Shown here: one piece after another, positions 25,818 through 37,059 of the stretch
Layout of the letters: the number at the start of each line of letters is the position of its first letter
Position numbering within the stretch: position 1 is the stretch's first letter
NCBI RefSeq assembly: GCF_006345805.1
Contig: NC_043005.1
Span: 15,252,001 to 15,316,000, forward strand
Direction of reading: 5' to 3'
Length of the DNA stretch: 64,000 nt
Source: Octopus sinensis
Lineage: Eukaryota
Notes under the pieces: generated by a model
What the model saw: the letters and a program-made list of their open reading frames with translations, nothing else
Told to the model about the DNA's origin: nothing
Databases searched by the model: none
Translations under genes and position numbers: made by a program

Positions 25818-26592
25818 CAATAAGAGGCTTCCAAATAGGAAGCCTCTTATTGAATATTTCTATGTGAAAAATATATAGTCTAATGACTAATTCGTTTTTG
25901 AGCTAGGCCACTGGTAATAATAATTTCTTATTACCCTATTGTTATTTATTATGTATATATATATATATATATATAGTAAAGAATATTTATTTTAGGAGTG
26001 CAAGGTAAGCACAAGACACTGACCAAGCTGGTAAAATTTTCTATAAAATAATTTTGTTTGTGCAGTGTTTTCTCATGAATTATTTTCAGATCTAATAATA
26101 TACACTCAGAAAAGAAAATTGAATCAGGCTGTAGTCATACAATGTATAGGAATAACCTGAACTTTGTATGTTTATATTTAAGCTAAGAGTTGTAGATTCA
26201 GCACGAAAGCACACCTTGTGACAACAATTACCATAGTACTGCTATATTGCTGTATGTATGACTGTGTATGTGGATACAGCATGTCTGGAGGGTTAAGAAG
26301 TTCATCTCGCAATCGCAAAGTCCAAGGTTCTATCCTCACATGGTATCATGGATCTCTGACTGATCCACTTTTTTGGGGGGAAACTGTGTGGAAGCCTGCT
26401 GGATAGAATTATAAATGTGATTCAAAGGTTCAGCTTTATCACTCTTGTGTTATTCTGATTCTGCCTGAGAATTTCAAGTCCATGGAATACTCAGTCACTT
26501 AGCAGGTTTACTCAACGAGCAGGTAATTCAGATGATTAGACAACTGAATACTCATACTCGCCAAAATTGATAGCAATCCATTTTCTTTACTC

Positions 26593-26631
<39 letters not shown>

Positions 26632-29350
26632 TCACTGCCTCAAAATTACTGGTCTCGTGCCAAAATTTGAAACCATTGCTGCTGTCATCATCTTCATCAT
26701 CATCATCATCATCATAGTTATTTCTTGTCATCATTGTCATCATCATGATTGTTGTTGTTGTCATCATCATGACCTCCACCACCCTCTATTATTATAATTG
26801 TTGTACATTCATTATCTAATTTATGCTCTGTCTGGAATGTTAACTAAATAAGCCAGTTTCTGTGTCAGTAAATGTCTCACTCCGCACCAATCAATGTACA
26901 CAGTAGAGTGCTGACACAAGGTGTCAACTATCTCTTTCTTTAATTAAAGCATCTGTAGCTGTTAATAAGATATGTATCTACGTATAGGTTGAGGTGGTGG
27001 GGCTATCATCATTAAAGCTACAAGTTTATTTGATGTCCGGCATGTACCTACCGCTTCTTATCTTCTAAGTTATTCTGTGAACACGTGTGCACACACACAC
27101 CTTTTTACTACTACCTCCACCACCACCACCACCACCACCATTGTGTGTGTGTGTGTAAACTTGTGCCTCTTAGTACCATACTGGACTACGTCAGTTAGTG
27201 ATTCTGTTTACATTCATTTCGAAGATATTGAAGAACTCACTAATGTATGAGAGAAAACCATTGTCCTTTCTTTTATCATTTATTTCTGTTTGTAATATAA
27301 TCATTTCAAGAGTTAATTCACGAATGGTCTAAATTATTTCTTTGCAAATACTATTCTTATATTCTGTCTCAAAATGCCAAGCCTTATGAAGGAGAATACA
27401 TAGGACCGAGATATGTGGTGCATTGCTGTACTCAAAAAGACCTGCCCACCACAACAGAACTTAGATCCTAAAACCAAGGTGTCACATAAAAAGCTTTGGT
27501 GTGGGTATTGATGCCTTGTAAAAAGCACCCAGTATACTTTGTAAAGTGGTTGGTATAAGGAAGAGCATCCAGCCAAAACAGACTACAGAACCTGGTGTGA
27601 CCCTTGGCCATGGCAGTTTCCATCAAGCCATCTAACCCATGCCAGCATGGAAAACAGATGTTAAATGTTGATAATCCTTAGACTGTAACCATATGAAGTG
27701 TTGCCTACAGTCAATTATATTGGCTCCCCAGTACTTGTAGTCTAATGATTATTTTTCTTGAGCTCAGAAGGATGAAAAGCAAAGGTGACTTTGGTAGGAT
27801 TTGAATTCAGAATATAAGGAACATAACCTAGTACCACAAGGTATTTTGGCCAGTACTCTACCAACCAATTCTTCCCTTCAGTGTTTGTAATAACTGAAGT
27901 ACTTTACTAATTTATGAAACTATAATATTCTAAACGAGCTTCTCCCATATACATTGTTAACTGATACTAAGTGTTTAAAAATCATAAATGGTTGTTGATG
28001 GAGTATAACTAAGTCTCAAAATTAAACTCCTAAATACTAACAGAAATAAACAAGACAGCTGATTAAAGGATAATTTTCTTTAAATTACAGATTTAGTCTA
28101 AGTATTCAAGGTTTATGTATTACACGGAACATTAAAAAAACTAATTAGAAATTAACAGGCAATGACATAAAAAAAAACCTCCATTTTAGTCCATGACTCT
28201 TGTTATTTTCATTGTTTTTATACACCTAGTGTCCTCGAATTATTTCATTTCTAAACAATTCTATTTCCTTTGAATTGCCACATTTCATCATCATCATCAT
28301 CACCATCACCATCACCATCATCATCATTTTAATGTTCATTTCCCATACTTGCATGGGATGGACAGAATTTGTTGATGCAGATTTTCTACGGCCAGATGCT
28401 CTTCCTGTTGCCAACCTTCACCTGTTTCCAAATTAAGTAATATTTCCTCATGACTAGACATGTTTTCATGCATGGAACATGCTGACACTTGTTTTACAAT
28501 TATCATACAAAATCAAGGCAAGGAGACAGTAACACAGAAACGACAGGCTTCTTTCAGTTTTGTTTACCAGATCCATTCACCAGGCTTTGATCGATCTGGA
28601 GCTTTAGAAGACACTTGCCCAGGGTACCATGCTGTAGAACTGAACCCAGAACCAAGTAACTGGGAAGCAAGCTTCTTACCACACAGCCATGTCAGTGCCT
28701 AAGTTGTTATTATTTCCTGTGCTAACAAATCTCATGCATTTAATGATTTTTGTTGATTCTTACTGCTTGTTTAGCCCCAAACAAACCTAGGACGAAAGGC
28801 ACTCCAACCATAACCAAGCTGTCTTATTTATTTATTTATATATTTTTTTTATTTCCCAGATGTAGTGTATCTAGGATAATGATGGCAATTGCCAATATTT
28901 TTTCTTTAGCCCAGTGTATCTAAATTTTACTTTCTTTAATAATAATTTTATTGGAATGTCACTTCCATGTATATATGTTTTAGTTTTGGGTAAGTGCTTA
29001 GAGATAAGATTTTTATAACATCTTTCAAGGAGATTTTTTTTTAATGTCCATCATGTGTCACTTAAAATCCCCATAGCATGTCACATGTATCATATATTCA
29101 CCCTCAATAGTCTAGGACTACATTATCCAATGTTTTATTTTAAAGGTGGTTGGGTGTATTTTGAGGTGATTTATTTCTTGTAGATTAAAAGGCTCTTACT
29201 TTGGCCAATGAATCTATTAGCAGTGGTGATGTGATGATGGTGGTGGTGGTGATGGTGATATTGTTGGTATGATTATATCGGTGTTAATAGTTTATGCAAA
29301 TCACTTCTATACTAATTTGTTCAATAATGTTTTACATTTATATATTTTAG

Positions 29351-29421
29351 TGGAGGTCGCTTAATGGCTGTTGGAGAAGAAATACGCCTGCCAGACGACT
29401 GTACAGTTGGATATATCATAG
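29351..29421 (+). CDS. fng: Fringe coding exon (catalytic PDDCT motif)
   Basis: ttttag|T GGA...ATA G|gtaagt; (G)GGRLMAVGEEIRLPDDCTVGYII; phases match neighbouring exons. Confidence 0.95.
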
Positions 29422-30604
29422 GTAAGTCAGTATCTATATATATTGATCCTAGTTACATAAATACGTCTTTGTCATAGGTAAGCTAATATCTATAAACCAT
29501 AGAGGAGTGAAAGGAGCTGAGAGGACAGAAAAATCAAATTACTTATATAATGGAAGGCAAGGTTTACGATATTGGGAGAATATTGCCTTTTCCCATTATA
29601 TTTTGTTCTTCGTGTAGTTCAAGTTCCAGCAGGCGAAGAAAGAAGTCTTTAAGTGCAAATGTAATTTACAACTGGTTTATTTACAAGTTTCACAGAACAG
29701 GTGAAGTGCATTGCTCTCAGCGACCATCTCGAGCTGCGTGCATGTTGTTGTATCTCCATTAGTATGGGGCACATTGCCTCTGGAGGTACAACATGCAGAC
29801 AGGCCCAGCCAGTGAAGTGTGCTCAGCAAGCGCTGCTGCATAGAAGCAGAGAGAAAGAGTGAATCTGTTTCTGTTTTGCCCTTATATACAGTTTGCCATC
29901 GCGAGCCTCGTTGTGATCTCGTGCATGGCAAATGGAATGCAGGTGAGGTCTTGCTCCAGTCTCGGAGATGGATTTTGCTTTGTATGTTTTATTAGTGAGG
30001 CAGAAAGATGGGGCAGAGCCCATGAATGATCTCTATGAGTCCTCTGTGACTTGAAAGATTGGTGTGTTTAGTTTGAATATTTCTAACTCAATGTCTGTCT
30101 AAAAGAAATTTGAACATTTCAGAGGATTTGATATTCTGGGAAGGAAAGAATGCATATAATTAATATAAGGACATGGAGGGAAAACAGTGCTGTAGAGAGT
30201 GATGAGAATGCAGATGGGAAAGCAGAGGTGGAGGTGGCATGCAACTAGGTAATTCCTAGAAGCAGAGGCCATTGTAGTATTGGTATAATTAGACAGGTTG
30301 GAGAAACAACATATTTATAGAGCTCAGCAGGATTTGAACTCAGAGCATAGAGGGTCGAAACTAAATACCAAACATTTTATCTGATGCTCTGATGATTCTG
30401 CTAATCTGCTGCCATTCAACTTTCATCCAATTATCTATGGCAAATTTAGTACAGCATTAGACTAAACAGGTAGCCTTAATGCTGTAGTATTTACTTTTGT
30501 TACACTAAATCCTGAGTTCAAATTCTTACTTTACCTTTCATCTCTTTAGGCAAAATAGGGGTTCTGTAAATAAAATACAGTCTTTAAAAATAGACCCATG
30601 TTAA

Positions 30605-30824
30605 CCCTTTAGCATTTAAACCAGCCATATCTGGCCAAAATATTCTACCTGTTCTAAGTTAAACTGACCAGATCCAAGCTTTCACACCTACCTGCTTACC
30701 TACCCTACAATGTCATTCTTTCACATCATTGTAATATTGAAGTTATGGGATCATATCTGATAAAGTCAAAACAATGTGAAGAAATAAGCAATACATTTAA
30801 CAAAGAAATCTGAACGTTAAATGG
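30605..30824. mobile_element. piggyBac-type MITE family 2 (diverged)
   Basis: TTAA-CCCTTTAGCATTTAAACC..., right end degenerate, then TTAA. Confidence 0.75.
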
Positions 30825-30947
30825 TTAAACTAAACATAGACGCACATAGAGATATACGCATGCGCAAATGAAGACACAGACAATAGAAATACAAAATGGC
30901 TGACTGTTAGTAAGGAGAGACACACAAATAAGAAAGAAGAAAGCAAA

Positions 30948-30992
30948 GGACCACTGATGAGGTCACAGGAGTGTGACGAAAGAACTCTGGCC
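30948..30992 (+). ncRNA. Minimal type-I hammerhead with canonical core
   Basis: GG(A)CCA CTGATGA G GTCAC AGGAGT GTGAC GAAA GAAC TC TGGCC; triplet CUC, cut after 30987. Confidence 0.7.
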
Positions 30993-31146
30993 GAAATAAG
31001 ATTAAGTTTAATGTAAAAAATAAATAACACTGAAGCAAAGTAACACCAAATATATAGTGCGTGTGTTTTTATTGGCTAAACTGGCAAAATGACCATTCCG
31101 AAATACAACAATAAATGGTTAAATATTTTTCCTATTTCTTCTTCAG

Positions 31147-31241
31147 GACATCTTTTGAAGAAACCACTCACAGAAGTGGAAGACTTCCATTCACACCTCG
31201 AGGCACTTTGGTTACTGCGACCTAACCAACTGGAAAAACAT
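31147..31241 (+). CDS. fng: Fringe coding exon (FHSHLE motif)
   Basis: cttcag|GA CAT...CAT|gtaagt; (G)HLLKKPLTEVEDFHSHLEALWLLRPNQLEKH. Confidence 0.95.
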
Positions 31242-31460
31242 GTAAGTCGACTTATATTCCTGCTGTTTGTGTTCTTGCTGTGTTACTGCTGCGACTATGT
31301 GGCTGTTACTACAGTGACTGACTGTGTTACTACTGTGACTACGAAACCGTCTGTGTGTTAATGCTGTCAACATGCATGTTGTAAACTCTGACTTTGTTTA
31401 TTACATTTAGTTACATAAGTGCTCTGTGTTCAAACCAAGTGGGTTTTTTTTACATTGTAG

Positions 31461-31543
31461 GTAACATTCAGTTATTCCTACTATGGAGAGAAAATGAATA
31501 TTGTTAATGTTCCAGGATTTTCAGAAGATGAAGACCCTACAAG
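31461..31543 (+). CDS. fng: Fringe coding exon
   Basis: ttgtag|GTA...ACA AG|gtaaag; VTFSYSYYGEKMNIVNVPGFSEDEDPT, like Fringe VTLSY...FSxxEDPSR. Confidence 0.93.
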
Positions 31544-31663
31544 GTAAAGAACCCTTAATTTGTCTATTGTATCCAGTGATATTATATATTTATACATGTA
31601 TGCGTTCAGAGTAGCATGGAAGAATAATTGTACAATGAACATTCATGTGCAGCATCCTAACCA

Positions 31664-31760
31664 CTATGTCATATGCCCATGGGCATATGGCATAGTAGTT
31701 AAGGGCGTAGGCTACTAACACCCAGATTCTGAGTTCGATTCCAAGCAGTGACCTGAACAG

Positions 31761-31793
<33 letters not shown>

Positions 31794-31935
31794 CATCAAA
31801 AAATACCTTAGGAATGAGAACCCAGGTTCAAAATTTCCCCAAGACATCTGAAGAAGGCTGGAGGATATATCAGCCGAAATGTTGTGTTAACAACAAACAA
31901 GATGAGGACAAATATCTGTCGAATGTAAATAATAT
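31664..31935 (+). mobile_element. Second copy of the tRNA-head/hammerhead-tail SINE
   Basis: Collinear with 1493-1785; 17-bp fold-back of the head at the 5' end. Confidence 0.78.
31843..31888 (+). ncRNA. Minimal hammerhead in SINE tail
   Basis: GACAT CTGAAGA A GGCTG..CAGCC GAAA TG TT GTGTT; zero-loop stem III, so it would need to dimerise. Confidence 0.55.
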
Positions 31936-32790
31936 TCATGTGCATATTGTAATAACAGATCATGTATGTATATGTGTGTGTGTGTGTGTTGGTGGTTGTT
32001 TAATTCCTTTTGTTATTTCCATATGTACTAGTCTTTTTATTCCCTATCTAATGGAAATATTTGCTACAGATCAATGTGTCCAACTCCCTGGCTACTTATG
32101 TGAAACTACAGTCTAACAATTACTACAAACAATATAAATAATATGCACTCCTCATGATTGTGTATTGAGTACTCTAGTGTTTTACACAGACAAAAATGGC
32201 ATTTAACTATGCTCTTTAACATATATATGTATACATATATATGTGTGTTTGTGTTTAGGGTTTATTGCTATCACATCTATTCCCATGCTTATGTTAGTTT
32301 ATTTCTTAGCACACTTGTTTAGCTTCAGGTCAGCTCTAATCTAGCAGGCCATTCATGTAAGGCATTCTAGATGTGACCTTCTCATCTTTTGGAAGAAGGA
32401 GTGTCTAGGATTGCATTACCTAATGTGTCTTTTTTTTTTATATAGTTTTAAAGTAAGGTGTATAATTCAATGGTAATTTGGCTCCTACTTTCAACAGCAA
32501 CAACATAGAATCTCAAGTTAGATCAGTTGTAATCAGTTGGATGCTCTTCCCACTGTGAACCATTCAACTATACTCTTACTCTCTTTTACTTGTTTCAGTC
32601 ATTTGACTGCGGCCATGCTGGAGCACCGCCTTTAGTCAAGCAAATCGACCCCGGGACTTATTCTTTGTAAGCCCACTACTTATTCTATCGGGTCTCTTTT
32701 GCCGAACTGCTAAGTTACGAGGATGCAAACACACCAGCATCGGTTGTCAAGCGATGTTGGGGGACAAACACAGACACACAACCCCCCCCC

Positions 32791-32825
<35 letters not shown>

Positions 32826-32828
<3 letters not shown>

Positions 32829-34513
32829 TTGTGTTGGAAATTAATTAGCACTTCTCAAATTTCTACATTTTCTTACATTTTCTTAATTTAATTAACTTAT
32901 TATCAGAAACAAACTCGTTTATAATCAAAAATTTATTAAAACATATCCCAGCACACCACATAATTGTTATTAATCGTGAAATTTAGTCAATATCTTGTTG
33001 CTCCTCCTTTGGCAGCAATGACAGCTGCTACACGGGTCGGCATGCTGTCTATGAGTGCCTGCAAGTACTGTGCAGGGATGGCCCTCCATGCAGCAAGAAG
33101 TGCCCCAAACAGCTTGTGTCGGTTCCTGTATTGCTGCACATTCAAATCCCTACCCAATCGACTCCAGAGGTTCTCAATAGGGTTCAGGTCAGGTGACTGG
33201 CCAGGCCAGTCCATGACTGTCACCCCATGGTCCTTGAAGAAACCGGTTGTGAGCTTGGCTGTGTGGGAAGGCACGTTGTCCTGCTGGAGCACATACTCCT
33301 CGCCACCAAAGAGGTATCCCGTACTATCTCAACGTACTTTGCTGCGTTGATGTTGCCTTCGACGGCATAGAGCCGCCCAACACCACTGTAGCTGAACGCC
33401 CCTCACACCATCAGACCACCCCCACCATGCTTCACCAAGCGCTCACCCCTGCGGCGTCGCACATGGACAGGCTTGTCACTGACGAGACTGAATCGCGACT
33501 CGTCAGTGAACATCACTGTCCACCACTGCTGCACGGTCCATGTCTTGTGGGCACGAGCCCAGAGCAGCCGCCTCTTCCAATTTTTGGCTGTAAGGAGCGG
33601 CTTATGGGCGGCCCTACAGGATTTTAGACCAGCTTCCAGTAATCTGGTCTTGACGGTGGTTGTAGACAACTGCTTCCCTGTCATCTTTTGCATCTCCTCC
33701 GCCAGTTGCTGGCTCGTTGCCCTTCGGTTGTACAGCGACTTTCGGATCAGCATCCGGTCCTCCCGCTGGGTCGTCAGCCTCTTCCGTCCCCTACCCTTTT
33801 TGTCAGCTGCTGATCCGGTTTCCTCGTACTTCTTAAATAAGCACTGAATTGTGCGCCTGGCTACACCAAGTTTTCTGGCTATTGCAGCCTCCGACAGCTT
33901 CCCATGCCACGAGAGAGCCTCGTACCGTCTCTCCAAGGTCATGCGAGGTCTTGGGCCCATCTAGGAATGAACGATAAAAACCAGTTATTTTCATTAAAAC
34001 TATTCATTTGAATAATGTTATGCTATAACAAAACTGCTATGAGTTATTATTCATTAAACAAAAAAGAAAGAAAGCAGAATTTCTCACCTTATTTGATGTA
34101 TAACAGAAAGTTTTGTGAACCAGAAGTGACGTCATCAAGCAGAGTGTAGGAGAATTTGTGAGGAAAAAAAATCTTGCAAATACACAAATCAATTAACCTA
34201 CGAGCTGTTCAAAACGTCTTACGCGATGAGAAAACTTAGTACGGTGTGATTTTCGGTCCTTGCGAGGCGCTACCTATATCTATTAAACAAAGGAAGATTT
34301 GTCTGCATCCGCACTCCAAGTTGTTGTTGCACTGCTATGTCAACATCATTAGGCTGTAGACTCTCAAACTGCTCTGCAAACAAAGTTACGTCATCGTTCT
34401 GCGCAACAGTGAACTCAGAACAAAGCAATAGTTCGAGATATGGCCACTAGGTGACAGCAAATACCTTGAGTGAAGAGAAAATCAAGGGTGCTAATTAATT
34501 TCTGACGGTAGTG
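32826..34513 (-). mobile_element. Tc1-family DNA transposon (1688 bp), non-autonomous copy in a fringe intron
   Basis: TA on both sides; imperfect TIRs CACT-tgtgttg-GAAATTAATTAGCAC and CACT-accgtca-GAAATTAATTAGCAC; internal transposase. Confidence 0.92.
32987..33960 (-). pseudogene. Disrupted DD34E Tc1 transposase
   Basis: HTH N-terminus, GRGRKR linker, FTDESRF, QQDN...34 aa...NPIE(N); TGA replacing W in VKHGGGGLMV*GAF at 33403-33405; short deletion after GERL; frameshift just before LFGGEEYVLQQDN. Confidence 0.9.
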
Positions 34514-34520
34514 TATATAT

Positions 34521-34570
<50 letters not shown>

Positions 34571-35124
34571 CATATATACAACAGGCTTCTTTTAGTTTCC
34601 GTCTACCAAATCCACTCACAAGGCATTGGTCGGCCCGGGGCTATAGCAGAAGACACTTGCCCAAAATGCCACGCAGTGGGACTGAACCTGGAACCATGTG
34701 GTTGGTTAGCAAGCTACTTACCACACAGCCACTCCTGCTCTATGAAGCAGAGGATACAGTTTTTACCCATTCACCTTCTCCCACCAGAAAAATACTAAAA
34801 ATAAATTTGTATACATATATTCTTGTGTTGCTATTATTAAAGGTTGATGAGTGGCAACAATGGTAGAGCACCACCATACTAAAACAAAATACCTTTATAT
34901 AGTTACTTACATTCTGAATTCCAATCTCACTAAGATCAATTTTTTTAATTTTTCATCCTTTTGGAGTTGATAAAATAAAGTACCAGTTATATTCTGGAGC
35001 TAGTTGAATCAAATAAGCTGTTTTTACCAAATATATGTAAACTTGTGCTGACTTTAGAAATTTCATTTTTAAATTATTTTTTGTTTTTACATCTTTATAT
35101 TTTTATTGGTTTTTCTTTTTCCAG

Positions 35125-35215
35125 ATTATGGTCACTTCACTGCTATCTCTTCCCTTACTTGAAGAAATGCCGGGACATTAAACAAAGTGTAGCCAACTTC
35201 AAGACCTATCATTGA
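35125..35215 (+). CDS. fng: Fringe terminal coding exon
   Basis: ttccag|A TTA...CAT TGA; (R)LWSLHCYLFPYLKKCRDIKQSVANFKTYH*, like Fringe RFxSxHCxLxP...C. Confidence 0.92.
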
Positions 35216-36332
35216 CAGGACTTCGTGTTTGATTGTTAACTTACACTAAACATTGATCTCAAGACTGCTGTTTCACAACACAGCAGCAGAAACAAACACG
35301 GCCCTCCCAGCTTCTGTTTAGAAATCGAAAATCAGTTCAGATCTATTGATTATGGACAACATTTTTCAAATTCTCTCTTTGAATTTTTTTTTTTTTTTAT
35401 TACAAATTTATTTCTTTTTCCTTTTTTTAAATATTTATTTTTCCTTCTTTGGTAATTTCATTTATTTTATTTTTTCTTTTTATTTTTTTTGTTTTTCTTT
35501 TAATATTTTTATTCAGTGAGGAGGGACAGTGTCCATAAATGACCTATGCACACTCTTCCTCCTCATCACTGGTGAGGTTGCCACGACATGGTTGATGTTT
35601 GTTCAGCTTTTATTACTGCAGGTGGGAGGCCTGTCTGAGAAAATGTGGGTTGGGCAAAGAGAAAATCCCAGGGAGCTCTAATTTAGGGGACAGAAAAAAA
35701 ACCCCCAATTGGGTGGAAAATTATTTGATACAGCATTTTCATGGCATGATACAGTAGAGGTGGGGGTCAAGATTTTGGCTGTGTTGCTGTGATGGACAAG
35801 TTGGTACCAAACCACAGAATGTCTAATGGTTCATGTATGCAACAGACCTAAAAAGCTTTGATTCCTGCTGACAGCCAGGAAGGGCTTGAAATATCACCAT
35901 ATTTCTCCTTCTCCCTAAAAATATAGAGCTTTTGAATAGCGAAAAGAGGGGATTCAAAAGAAACTGAAAGTTTCAACAATTTAAAGCCCGCTGCCCTCAA
36001 AAACACAATTTAGCCAAAAATCTTTATTTTTCATTTCGTTTATTTACTTTTTATTTATTTTCATTTTTTTTTTAATTGTTGATAAAAATCAAAAAAATAT
36101 TATTAATGTAAAATCAATAACGTTGCAGATTGTTATATCTGTGTGTGTGCGTGTGTGTGTGTGTGTGTGTGCGCATGTGTGTGTGTGTGTGTACACAGCT
36201 GTGTTTCAGTATGTGCATGTATATGAAATTTATGAAACAAACTATTTTTGGTATATATTTGTGCATTTTGTGCCTTAGCAGGTGTGTGTGTATGTGTGTG
36301 TGCGTGTGATTGTGCATGTATCATTCTCTCTA

Positions 36333-36363
<31 letters not shown>

Positions 36364-37059
36364 TGAAAGAGAGAGAGAGAGAGAGATTGTTTGAAATTTT
36401 GAAATGTTGCAGCCTACATATTACGTGTGTACGTGTGTTGCATCAGTTTTTTTTTGTTTTTTTTTTACCTTTTTATAGAACTATAAACAGTGCAAAGGGG
36501 TACCCTAACATCCTAGACTCTCTTTTTATATCAAATCACACTTTTAACTCGACTGATTGAAGAAACTTGTGGCATATAAGTTGTCAGTATAATGAGGTGT
36601 AATCCACACATCATTTCCCTAGATATATCATCCCTATTTTGCTTGGCATGCAGGCAGTTTATCAACTGGGGTACTGTTTGGAAGTCTTGGTATGTTTTTA
36701 TATCTGTAGGTTCTTGTAGTAGCCATTGTAGCGACAAAGAAGGTGAACTCGGTAGGAATTGATGATCCTCTACATTTTGCAAGGTTCAGGGTAGTCCTGT
36801 ATTTAGGGGCTAGCAAGCCAATAAAAATGTCTTACTTGATTAAACATTAATATGAGGAAATGTCTGTGTGATCTCTTAGCCTGCTAGAATCAGTAACTGA
36901 AGTTTTCCTAAACCATACTTTACTGTCCTGAATACGCGCTATACCAAGAAATGGATAGATTAAGCCAGGAAAAGGACAGGATAGTCACAGCTTGACCTCT
37001 TGTTGATCAATGTAAAATTGACATAGAAACCGAAAAAGGAGGTGGGGAAGGTTAGTTAT

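Larger units (their letters stand above)
32575..34737 (-). mobile_element. SINE family A split by the Tc1 insertion
   Basis: 3' half at 32575-32790, 5' half at 34580-34737, TA runs abut the Tc1 ends. Confidence 0.88.

Noticed and set aside
35213-35233. Possible stop-codon readthrough (TGA-C context) in fringe
   Set aside because: Next in-frame TGA follows after five codons; no supporting structure
35515-35570. SECIS element
   Set aside because: No AUGA/GA quartet at a stem base with an apical AA; no in-frame Sec codon in the CDS
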